Shown: piece after piece, positions 27,612 to 35,461 of the stretch
Numbering within the stretch: position 1 is the stretch's first letter
How the letters are laid out: every line of letters begins with the position of its first letter
From: a virus
IMG/VR virus record: IMGVR_UViG_3300010352_002455
Reading direction: 5' to 3' (one strand)
Length of the DNA: 44,282 nucleotides
Translations under genes and position numbers: made by a program
Notes under the pieces: generated by a model
What the model saw: the letters and a program-made list of their open reading frames with translations, nothing else
Told to the model about the DNA's origin: nothing
The model's database searches: none

Positions 27612-28775
27612 TTAAAGCTCTTGCCCAAGTTCCTGGGCAACGGCTTGATATTTTGGATCATTTTTCATTTTATCCTCAAAAGAATCCTCTTTATCTTTTC
27701 CGTCTTTCCCATTAATTGGTTTTTCGCCCGGAGCAGGGATATTGTCAATTTTGGCCTGTAATTCATCGCGCTCCTGAACTGCGGCGGAAAGATCTGCTTC
27801 AGCCTTTTCTTTTTCTTTTTTAAGAGCTGTATTTGCAGCTTCAAGGGAATCGACTTTGGCAAGCTTATCCTCGATGAGTTTAAGCTGTTCTTCATTCATG
27901 TTGAATCCTTTTTCAGGATCAAAAGCAGTTTCGGCCGCTAATGCAAGCAAAGCGACCATTAAAGGAAATTTTTTCATTTCAATAAAATTTTGATTTATAC
28001 TTGTGTTTGTGTTGTCTTTGCCATCACTCGAGAAAAGGGCAATGATCTTGTCTTTATATTGATCAAACCAATTTTCCTTTTTGTCGGAAATCAGGTTTGT
28101 AAAAGCCTCAGGGATTTCAGGAAGTTTGCTATTGTTAAACGTTTCGCGAGAAAAGGAAGCAGCCTTGGCGGTTTCATTATAAATATCTGTTGCAAATCCA
28201 ATGTCCTTAACTTCTGTAGCGGGGATCCATTTCCCCTCCCCATTGTTGTAATTCATCAAATCGTTGAGTTTTTGTTCGTCAACAACTCCACTTTCTTTGT
28301 AAATAGACATTATTCTTTGGTCTATTTGTTTGAATGATTCAATGGCGGCTTCAAGTTGATTAGCGTTTCCGCGACTATACCCCCAGCATTTATGTACCAA
28401 GAAAAGAGCATTTTTGGAAATTTTACGTTCTGATCCGGCTGCGAAAAGAATCGTAGCCGCAGATGCACACATCCCGTTGATTTGTGTGATTACATTTGCC
28501 TTAAGGTCTTTTAATTGATCATAAATAGCGAGAGCATGATCAACATCTCCTCCAAGAGAATGAATTTTTACTAAAACCGTTTTTGCTTTGAGAGCCCGTA
28601 TTTTATTGAGCTCTTCTGTCATCAGCCGGTTGGTGTTTTCATCATACTCATGATCTCCCCACCAGTCCTCATAGCCAATTTGACCTTCGACTATAATTTC
28701 AGCCTGATCTTCAGAGGCTTCATTAATGAATTGTAATTGATTGAATTTCTTTGCCATATCTTTGTTTTTCAACAA
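27612..28775 (-). CDS. ClpP-family (S14) prohead protease fused to a scaffold-like coiled-coil C-terminus
   Basis: ..VKIHSLGGDVDHALAIYDQL..INGMCASAATILFAAG..LFLVHKCWG.. shows ClpP-like Ser and His motifs. The C-terminus is a Lys/Glu/Ala-rich coiled coil. Confidence 0.75.
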   Translation of the reverse strand: MLKNKDMAKKFNQLQFINEASEDQAEIIVEGQIGYEDWWGDHEYDENTNRLMTEELNKIRALKAKTVLVKIHSLGGDVDHALAIYDQLKDLKANVITQINGMCASAATILFAAGSERKISKNALFLVHKCWGYSRGNANQLEAAIESFKQIDQRIMSIYKESGVVDEQKLNDLMNYNNGEGKWIPATEVKDIGFATDIYNETAKAASFSRETFNNSKLPEIPEAFTNLISDKKENWFDQYKDKIIALFSSDGKDNTNTSINQNFIEMKKFPLMVALLALAAETAFDPEKGFNMNEEQLKLIEDKLAKVDSLEAANTALKKEKEKAEADLSAAVQERDELQAKIDNIPAPGEKPINGKDGKDKEDSFEDKMKNDPKYQAVAQELGQEL

Positions 28776-28819
28776 AAATAGGCTGACGAAATGTAAAGAT
28801 TATGACAAATTAAAGGTAA

Positions 28820-29278
28820 CTATTCGATTAAAAGAAGCGGATAGTGCGTGATTTTCCTTGAAAATTTAAGTTCATAATAGTTTCCGGAATCCATTTCAGG
28901 ACCATTTATACGAGTGTATGAAAAAGGGAAGGATTCCTCTTTTGTACCTACTATATGATTGTTGTTGTTGTTGTCTGTTAATACAACAATATATCTTTTT
29001 CTTTTCATTGCTTCGAAATAATACTCCAGGTTGTTTCCATAAAACCTACACGATATTTCACAAGCGTTCACTCCTCCATCCTCTTCACAGCTAAGTTTTA
29101 TATTCTTAGCTTGAATGACGGCAAGTCTGCCGGCAGGGGATGGCGTGGCTCTTAGTGTCAATCTTTTTGAGAGCGCATTTACAAATTCAACAGAAACAAC
29201 ATCATCTACAGGTACAACTTGAATTTTCTTGTACCCAGACGGGTTAAATAACCCTATATTTTTGTCAATATTTTCCAT
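28820..29278 (-). CDS. Hypothetical protein
   Basis: 152-aa ORF. Confidence 0.5.
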   Translation of the reverse strand: MENIDKNIGLFNPSGYKKIQVVPVDDVVSVEFVNALSKRLTLRATPSPAGRLAVIQAKNIKLSCEEDGGVNACEISCRFYGNNLEYYFEAMKRKRYIVVLTDNNNNNHIVGTKEESFPFSYTRINGPEMDSGNYYELKFSRKITHYPLLLIE

Positions 29279-29280
29279 TT

Positions 29281-29862
29281 TTATTGTATTTTAAAAATAG
29301 GGACAATTTGTACATTTTTTTTTATACTCATTTTGTCCTTAATTTGTGATTTATTAATACTCGATTCTGCGATATTTTTAAGAAATTCATATATTTCTTT
29401 CTCTTTGTTTATCCATTTTCGCTGATAAAGCTTGCGAAATTGGGCGTAATTAAACTCGTTTTCTTCGAACAAATTTTCAAGCAAAAACTCTCTTATTGCA
29501 ACGTCTCTGGGAACACCGGCGATGGTATGCGCCAACATTATTTTGTCACAACCTTTTTCAATTATGAGGGATAAAACAAACTTGCTGAATCTGAATTGCT
29601 GAAATTCGCTCATTTGATAGCCGAAATGATAAAAATCATATTCCGTTATGTGTATGTAAATCAATACATAATCAGAAAATTTAACGCTGATCCTGCTTTT
29701 GTTTTTAATATTCGATTGCTGTATGCAACCGGACACAAAATAGTATAAATTTTCTTTTCTAAAATCATAAGCTCCGGAAACGTTATTGTAATTATTATCA
29801 ATAAATCTATAGACCGCCGGATGAACCCTAATTGGAATTTTATAATATTTTTTCTTCGACAT
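29281..29862 (-). CDS. Hypothetical protein, first gene downstream of the iteron region
   Basis: 193-aa ORF. Confidence 0.5.
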   Translation of the reverse strand: MSKKKYYKIPIRVHPAVYRFIDNNYNNVSGAYDFRKENLYYFVSGCIQQSNIKNKSRISVKFSDYVLIYIHITEYDFYHFGYQMSEFQQFRFSKFVLSLIIEKGCDKIMLAHTIAGVPRDVAIREFLLENLFEENEFNYAQFRKLYQRKWINKEKEIYEFLKNIAESSINKSQIKDKMSIKKNVQIVPIFKIQ

Positions 29863-29878
29863 AAGAAAACCTTTTCAA

Positions 29879-29886
29879 CAAATCTA
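29879..29886 (-). promoter_or_regulatory. Candidate Bacteroidota-type -7 promoter box (TAGATTTG)
   Basis: The minus strand reads tagatttg 16 nt upstream of the ATG at 29862, matching TAnnTTTG. No clear -33 TTTG at canonical spacing. Confidence 0.25.
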
Positions 29887-29996
29887 ATACAAAAAATAAA
29901 GAAAAACAGACTTTCATTATTTTGAAATAAAAAAATTTTATGTTTGGCAAAAGTTATTTTTCCGTTCTACTTACAATCTGATTTTCGGAAAAAAAA

Positions 29997-30273
29997 GTGT
30001 AATTGTGTAACCTAGCACTTTTTAAGGCTTATAATATTAATATTTAATCGGTTACACTTTGGTTACAGTTTTTAAAAATAGCGGTTACACTTTTTTTTTC
30101 GGGAAAAATCGAGTATTTTTGAATTTCTCTGAAAAAAAATCCTAAAAAGTGTAACTTTGTGTAACCTAAGTGTAACCTTTTGTGTAACCTCTTTTATTAA
30201 TATCTTATCTTCTAATTTTCAATAAAATAAGAATAAAAATCATGTTGATTTTCTATTGGTTACAAAGTTACAC
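29997..30273. repeat. Iteron-like cluster of about 12 GTGTAAC(C) / (G)GTTACAC motifs (candidate replication origin or activator-binding array)
   Basis: Forward copies at 29997, 30005, 30149, 30159, 30170 and 30182. Inverted copies at 30050, 30061, 30083, 30258 and 30267. All lie in a 560-bp non-coding gap next to the primase-helicase gene. Confidence 0.6.
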
Positions 30274-30330
30274 TTTTTTTGAGAAAATTAGAGGTTGACA
30301 AGGGGAAACAGAAAATCCGGCCGGCAAAGG

Positions 30331-30363
30331 AAAAAAAAAAGAACACCGAGCTGAAGCTCGGTG
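30331..30363 (-). terminator. Intrinsic terminator (second of a tandem pair) downstream of the primase-helicase
   Basis: On the minus strand, caccgagc-ttca-gctcggtg (8 bp perfect) is followed by ttcttttttttt. Confidence 0.65.
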
Positions 30364-30378
30364 TGAATAATTTGAAAC

Positions 30379-30407
30379 AAAAAAAGCGGCTTTTTGCCGC
30401 TTTTTTT
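30379..30407. terminator. Intrinsic terminator (first of a tandem pair; symmetrical A/T flanks)
   Basis: aaaaaaa-gcggc-ttttt-gccgc-ttttttt, starting 18 nt after the primase-helicase stop. Confidence 0.65.
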
Positions 30408-30424
30408 GACACTCAAGACAATAT

Positions 30425-33208
30425 CTATAAATCTGAGTGTACTTCAGTACCATAAGTTTTTAGATAATACATTTCAACCGTTTTGCCGTCTATTTTTTTC
30501 ATAATCCGTAGCGGGTCGTTTCTTAATTCCAAGGGGTTTAAACATTCTATATAATCCGTATTGGCTACAAAGGCTTTCAATGCCTTTGTAAACTTGCTGC
30601 TTGACCACCCCTTTAGGTTTGTGGATCTTATAAACTCCTCAATACATTGCGCTTTGTATATCAAACAATCCACGTTTTCACTGTTTTTATTAAAGTAAAC
30701 CTCTGCCCATTCACGGAACTGTTCGCCCATTTGCTGTATGTTCATACGCTTTATGACGTTCTGCATCGGTGGCTGAATCATTAGATTGTCTTTGATTGTA
30801 GACAGGTAAAATTGAATGCAGTCAACGCAAAAATTAAAATCCTCGTTCCACCATTCTTCGGTATATTTTTCATTATAAAGATCATAACCAAAATCATCGG
30901 CAATTCTCATATCTACCGAATATTTATTCTCATCTGTGGCTTTATGGTAGTAATCACTGAATACACAAAACAATATTCTTCTCATTGTACTACTATCCTT
31001 GTCGTGCGGCGGAAAATTCGATGTAACGGCAATTTTAGCCGATTTTCCGAAGTCAATTTCCTTTGACTTTACATTCTTCTCGTTTATATTCATGCTGCCG
31101 GTAATCATCGAATAAAAAAAGTTGAAATCAAAGTATTTATAAGCATCATCAATTAAAAGAATATCCGTATGTTCATCAACACGATCCATGACGTGCTGGT
31201 TTTCCGTTAACTTCTGATTCCGTCCGGGCAAGGATACCATATTTTTCAAATTCTTCAGAAATTCAAACAAAAAAGACTTTCCGGATCCTCCGGCACTTTC
31301 ATCTTCTTCGGAGAGTTTATTTTCCATCACCCAAACACCCCAAGCGCGCGATGGTGATTTGTACCGGTGAAGCAAATAGCCTATTGTGAATACTTTATTT
31401 ATTAAGTGTTCTAACTGCTCCTGATTTTCTTCTTCAGATAGGCGCGGAGAGGCTATAGCGAATTTATATTGTTTCAAAAATTCATCATTGGCTTGAATAT
31501 CTTTTTCTGCCCGCGTTTCAAATTCTTCATGCCAGTATATCCTGCTTGCATTAATGAGAAATCTAAATAAATGGCTTTTTTTATGTTTAATCTCAAAGTT
31601 AATACACTCCGTTTCGTTGTCGTATTTTGCCATAAATGCCGGTTCAATCCTTTTAAAATAATGTGGGGATACTTTCTTTTGCCATGCATACACACCGGTT
31701 TCATTTCCTCTGTTTTCTTCTATTTTATCCGAATAAATTGTAATAGCTTTATTCTTAAAGAAGAATATCTGATTTTCAGCAGAATAATCTGTAAAGTCCG
31801 GTAGTAAATCTTCCAAATCGTCCATCACGGAAACTCCGGTTCTTTTTGAATTGAGAATAAGATTTTGGATATCATGGTCAACTTTCCGATCCTCTAAAAA
31901 TTTGAGAATAAAGCCCCTGATTTGCTTTCCGGTAATTTCTTCAACCGTGTAGCCGGTAATCTTGATAAAAGTTACTTTTCCACTCTCAACGTCCGTTATT
32001 TTCCCGAAGCCATTCACCTTAAGAAAGTGCAGCATATAAACGGTATTGATTTCCCACTTAACTCCTTCTTTGCTGTATGATTTTTCCCAGAATTTACAGG
32101 GTTTGGCCATGCGGATCAATTCTTTAAAATCAAAAATATTCGGGTATAGTTCGACAAAGTCCCGGAGATCCTTTCGCGGCTTTCCCCTCATATCTTTATA
32201 TGTCCGAAGATTTTCCGGAAGTTCTATGGTGAAAATGTCTATGTATTCAAGGGCTAATTCATTCCCCTTTTTCACTCCGGTTTCATCGATGTCCGGAATA
32301 TTATAGATTCGCTCTACTCTCTTTAAAATCTCACTGTATTGATAACTGTCCAACTTAGCCGTTTCACTGTTAAGCCATAGCGGTAGGTAACCCATACCGG
32401 CAACATTTAAGGCATCTCGCTCCCCGGAACAAAAAATTGCTTCAGGTAGTTTTTTGGGTTTTCTTTCTTTTTTTGTATCAGGAGTTTTTTCTTCGTCAAA
32501 TTCATCGTCTTCTTCTTTTTCGATTTCTTTTAGATATTTTTCATAAGCTCTTTTTAACTCATCCATTCCGTTGATATAGTTTTTGGGCTTTACTCCATCA
32601 TAAAAAAACCTGAAAGCCTTATCAGGGTTGAGTGGTTGATATATCTTCCGAAACTCTCCACAATTCCGCATAAAAATCGGATATGTTTCAGTTGATGAAA
32701 TTGTGGTAGTTTTACGGTCCTTTGTCTTTGTATAGCTTTCAACAGAAAAATATGAATATTTGTCACAGGTTTCCTGCTTAACCATGTGGCCAAGTACTTT
32801 AAGTTCAAATTCTGAAAACTTCTCTTTTAGTTTATAACTGAAGGCTCCTTCTTTTTCTTCCAGAGTAGCCTCTCTTTGTTCAATGGCAGGTTTATTGACC
32901 GTGAAACTTAGCTTCTCTGATACTTCATATCGTTCTGCAAGCCGGTAGAGAGCTTCTCTGAACTCCAAATTTTCCTCTCTCATACAGATTTCAATTGGGG
33001 CCATGGCTGTCCCATCATCACCGAAATCGGTTACTTTCCATATCCCGTTCAATTGTTTCATTGATGCAGAAGCAGTTTTTTCGTTTCCTCGAATTTTGAA
33101 AAAACGTTGTTTTCCTTCAGTATCCTTTGCCTGCGGATAATAATAATAAATGATTTCCCTGCCGGCGTCGGTAGCATCATAAATCTTTTCAAGTAGAGAG
33201 TTTTTCAT
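30425..33208 (-). CDS. Primase-helicase (Toprim primase domain fused to a D5/P4-type SF3 helicase)
   Basis: 927 aa. Toprim-like ..FCSGERDALNVAG.. and ..IPDIDETG..; Walker A ..SAGGSGKSFLFEFL..; Walker B ..DILLIDDA... Confidence 0.8.
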   Translation of the reverse strand: MKNSLLEKIYDATDAGREIIYYYYPQAKDTEGKQRFFKIRGNEKTASASMKQLNGIWKVTDFGDDGTAMAPIEICMREENLEFREALYRLAERYEVSEKLSFTVNKPAIEQREATLEEKEGAFSYKLKEKFSEFELKVLGHMVKQETCDKYSYFSVESYTKTKDRKTTTISSTETYPIFMRNCGEFRKIYQPLNPDKAFRFFYDGVKPKNYINGMDELKRAYEKYLKEIEKEEDDEFDEEKTPDTKKERKPKKLPEAIFCSGERDALNVAGMGYLPLWLNSETAKLDSYQYSEILKRVERIYNIPDIDETGVKKGNELALEYIDIFTIELPENLRTYKDMRGKPRKDLRDFVELYPNIFDFKELIRMAKPCKFWEKSYSKEGVKWEINTVYMLHFLKVNGFGKITDVESGKVTFIKITGYTVEEITGKQIRGFILKFLEDRKVDHDIQNLILNSKRTGVSVMDDLEDLLPDFTDYSAENQIFFFKNKAITIYSDKIEENRGNETGVYAWQKKVSPHYFKRIEPAFMAKYDNETECINFEIKHKKSHLFRFLINASRIYWHEEFETRAEKDIQANDEFLKQYKFAIASPRLSEEENQEQLEHLINKVFTIGYLLHRYKSPSRAWGVWVMENKLSEEDESAGGSGKSFLFEFLKNLKNMVSLPGRNQKLTENQHVMDRVDEHTDILLIDDAYKYFDFNFFYSMITGSMNINEKNVKSKEIDFGKSAKIAVTSNFPPHDKDSSTMRRILFCVFSDYYHKATDENKYSVDMRIADDFGYDLYNEKYTEEWWNEDFNFCVDCIQFYLSTIKDNLMIQPPMQNVIKRMNIQQMGEQFREWAEVYFNKNSENVDCLIYKAQCIEEFIRSTNLKGWSSSKFTKALKAFVANTDYIECLNPLELRNDPLRIMKKIDGKTVEMYYLKTYGTEVHSDL

Positions 33209-33214
33209 TCCAAA

Positions 33215-33550
33215 TTATTTAAAATAGTGTTTTAGGACGATCACGTCCCATTTTTGTGAGTGTATATTAATATTATAGTTTGAATACATTTTTTCCATCA
33301 TTTTGATGGAATCTTCCTTATTTAGTCCGCAATCCATATAAAAAATGGGATCCGGAATGTCTACAAGGTTGAATGTTGAAATGTGAATACATTTTACAAC
33401 TCCGGCGGCTTCACAATCTTTCCGTAGATGGACCTCGTAATTATATATCTCACCTTCTTTGTATTTATTCTGGTTATGAATTCTGATTGTGGTAAAGATA
33501 TCACAAGCCATTTTCCCATTCCAATTTTTTGAGAATTTTATTGTTTGCAT
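33215..33550 (-). CDS. Hypothetical protein (possible ASCH/PUA-like fold, weak)
   Basis: 111-aa ORF. ..FTTIRIHNQNKYKEGEIYNYEV.. faintly resembles ASCH. Confidence 0.4.
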   Translation of the reverse strand: MQTIKFSKNWNGKMACDIFTTIRIHNQNKYKEGEIYNYEVHLRKDCEAAGVVKCIHISTFNLVDIPDPIFYMDCGLNKEDSIKMMEKMYSNYNINIHSQKWDVIVLKHYFK

Positions 33551-33580
33551 TATAATTCTAATTTATGCTGTTTTTCAATA

Positions 33581-33892
33581 TTAACTAAAATAAAAGGTTT
33601 TACCGGTTCCGAATTTTTGTTGCTTAATAGTAGCCATAAAAGGAAAATCTGTTTTAGGTATTTTAGATAATGCTTCCTTTATTGGAGTAGCATTAGTAAA
33701 AAACTTTTTTTCAGATCCTTCAAATAATACCTTAACTATATATCTTCCATCCCCGTGCCGTGTTTTTACATTCGCTTCAAAATCAATTACCTCAATTTCG
33801 CAATTTACAACGTCTTCAACTGAAATTACAGGAACGGAAAAGATGTGTTTTCCTTCAAAAGGATCTATGTTAAAATCAGAAAATTTATTCAT
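33581..33892 (-). CDS. Hypothetical protein, apparently translationally coupled to the DGR RT
   Basis: 103-aa ORF whose start overlaps the RT stop by 8 nt. By eye it looks beta-rich and near-neutral in charge, so it is not Avd-like. Confidence 0.5.
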   Translation of the reverse strand: MNKFSDFNIDPFEGKHIFSVPVISVEDVVNCEIEVIDFEANVKTRHGDGRYIVKVLFEGSEKKFFTNATPIKEALSKIPKTDFPFMATIKQQKFGTGKTFYFS

Positions 33893-34931
33893 ATCTTATT
33901 ATTTTTTTAAGAAGGTTATTTGAGTTACAATGCTTTGCCCAACCGATATGAGGGGCAATTGCTTTCTTATAATCTAAAATAGAAATGTCTTTTTTATTCA
34001 ACTTTGCAGCTTTTCTGCAAAATCTTTTCTTTATGCTTTTTCGCATCCGGATATGTGTATGATAAAATACATATCCTACAAAATCAATACCTCTTTTTTC
34101 AATAGGGAAAACCTGATAATTGCCCTTTATTTGCAACTTTAGATTGTCTTTCATATATCTGTCTATCTCAAGATACAAATCTTGCAAATACGGCTTATTT
34201 TGAGCTAAAATTACAATATCATCTGCATAGCGATAATAATATTTTACCTGTTTTTCCTCTTTAATACAATGATCGAAATAAGTCAAATACAGGTTTGCAA
34301 AAAATTGACTTAAATAATTCCCTATCGGAACACCAGGAGCGGAATCAATTATTTCATCAAGTAATTTTAAGAGCTTAACATCTTTGATTTTTTTACGAAT
34401 AATAACCTTTAGGATATCATGATTTATGCTTGGATAAAATTTCCTAATATCAAATTTCAAACAATATTGAGTGTCTGAAACATTTTTTAAATCACGTTTT
34501 AAATCTCTTAAAACAGCGTGTATTCCTCGTTTTTTTATGCAAGAATATGTATTTGAAATAAAAACAGATATCCATATCGGTTCCAAGATGTTCATAATGG
34601 CATGGTGAACTATACGATCACGAAAAGGAAGTCTGTAAACAAGTCTTTCTTTCGGGTCGTGTATCATAAAAACACTATATTCAGACGTTACATAAGTTTC
34701 TGATATCAGTTCCTTTTGTAACTCATTTATGTTGTTGTTCAAGTTTTTTTCAAACAATCGAACACCATAACTCTTTTCTTTTCCTTGACTTGCTTTGTTA
34801 TATGCAAGATAAAGATTGTCAATTTCACAGATCTTTTCGTATAAATTTCCTATTCTTTTCATGCCTTTGCTTTTATTATGAGCTTTCGTTATTACTACCA
34901 GCACATTTTTTAATATGTTATTTTTTGCCAA
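33885..34931 (-). CDS. DGR-type reverse transcriptase
   Basis: ..VPIGNYLSQFFANLYL.. (the DGR-typical SQ motif), ..YYRYADDIVILA.. (YxDD) and N-terminal ..IGNLYEKICEIDNLYLAYNKA... The true start may be the internal ATG at 34862 (MKRIGNLYEKI..), which would leave about 100 nt between TR and RT. Confidence 0.9.
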   Translation of the reverse strand: MAKNNILKNVLVVITKAHNKSKGMKRIGNLYEKICEIDNLYLAYNKASQGKEKSYGVRLFEKNLNNNINELQKELISETYVTSEYSVFMIHDPKERLVYRLPFRDRIVHHAIMNILEPIWISVFISNTYSCIKKRGIHAVLRDLKRDLKNVSDTQYCLKFDIRKFYPSINHDILKVIIRKKIKDVKLLKLLDEIIDSAPGVPIGNYLSQFFANLYLTYFDHCIKEEKQVKYYYRYADDIVILAQNKPYLQDLYLEIDRYMKDNLKLQIKGNYQVFPIEKRGIDFVGYVFYHTHIRMRKSIKKRFCRKAAKLNKKDISILDYKKAIAPHIGWAKHCNSNNLLKKIIRYE

Positions 34932-34959
34932 GAGGCAGGGTCTTTACCTTTAAAATCGT

Positions 34960-35041
34960 ATTGCATAGGTGGGAGGTGTCGGTCGCATTCGCATTCGAGT
35001 TGTTGTAATTCGAGTTGTTGAAAACGAGCCCCGACGGCGAG
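34960..35041 (-). repeat. DGR template repeat (TR)
   Basis: The coding-strand register reads ..SPSGLVF-NNSNYNNSNANATDTSH.. with 7 AAY codons. It aligns without gaps to 35144-35225 and 35531-35612, and differs only where the TR has A on the minus strand. Confidence 0.9.
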
Positions 35042-35074
35042 CTCCAAAAAGGCAAACAACCTGTTGTCATTTTA

Positions 35075-35434
35075 TTATAGAATAATGTTTTTATAAACTT
35101 CTGTAAAAGTTTTACCTGCATGATCGGATGCTTTTTCCGATTCAAAGCAAAGGCGGGAGGCGTCGGCCGCAACCGCATACGAGACGTAGTAACTCGAGCA
35201 GTCGAAAACGAGCCCCGACGGCGAGGATGGGTCTATCCGAAACACCGGAAACCATTTTTTTTGATTGGTGTCCATCATGTCCGGTTTCCATCCATCGTTG
35301 ATTGCTTCTGTTAATACAATTGCATTATACTGATCTTCAAAATATGCCCGTAGGTCATCAGGTGAGTTTGAAAAATCTACTTTTGGTCTTTTGGTAACCT
35401 CAAATGCTTCATCAAGTGTTTCTGTTTTTTTCAT
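35075..35434 (-). CDS. DGR variable (target) protein 1, small and leaderless
   Basis: 119 aa. The C-terminal ..SSPSGLVFDCSSYYVSYAVAADASRLCFES.. contains VR1. Confidence 0.85.
   Translation of the reverse strand: MKKTETLDEAFEVTKRPKVDFSNSPDDLRAYFEDQYNAIVLTEAINDGWKPDMMDTNQKKWFPVFRIDPSSPSGLVFDCSSYYVSYAVAADASRLCFESEKASDHAGKTFTEVYKNIIL
35144..35225 (-). repeat. DGR variable repeat 1 (VR1), including an IMH-like 3' end
   Basis: In the 74-bp core (35152-35225) there are 13 mismatches to the TR, all at TR adenines. The 3' end is GC-rich (cgcctcccgcctttgcttt on the coding strand). Confidence 0.9.
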
Positions 35435-35461
35435 TTTTTTTTGTTTTATGCCTTTCGGCGG

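Noticed and set aside
29997-30273. CRISPR-like array
   Set aside because: The repeats are only 7-8 bp, occur in both orientations and have irregular short spacing. This fits an iteron or binding-site array and not a CRISPR array.
33215-33892. Either small ORF downstream of the RT as the DGR accessory protein Avd
   Set aside because: Avd proteins are basic four-helix bundles. These two ORFs look beta-rich, and by my residue count the 103-aa one is near-neutral in charge (not counted for the 111-aa one). They are kept as hypothetical proteins, with possible non-canonical accessory roles flagged separately.
34918-35178. 86-aa minus-strand ORF overlapping the TR and the 3' end of target 1 (..SSPSGLVFNNSNYNNSNANATDTSHLCNTILKV..)
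   Set aside because: It is the TR read in the VR register. The Asn-rich AAY string is the template and not a protein. The ORF overlaps target gene 1 in another frame and has no independent support.
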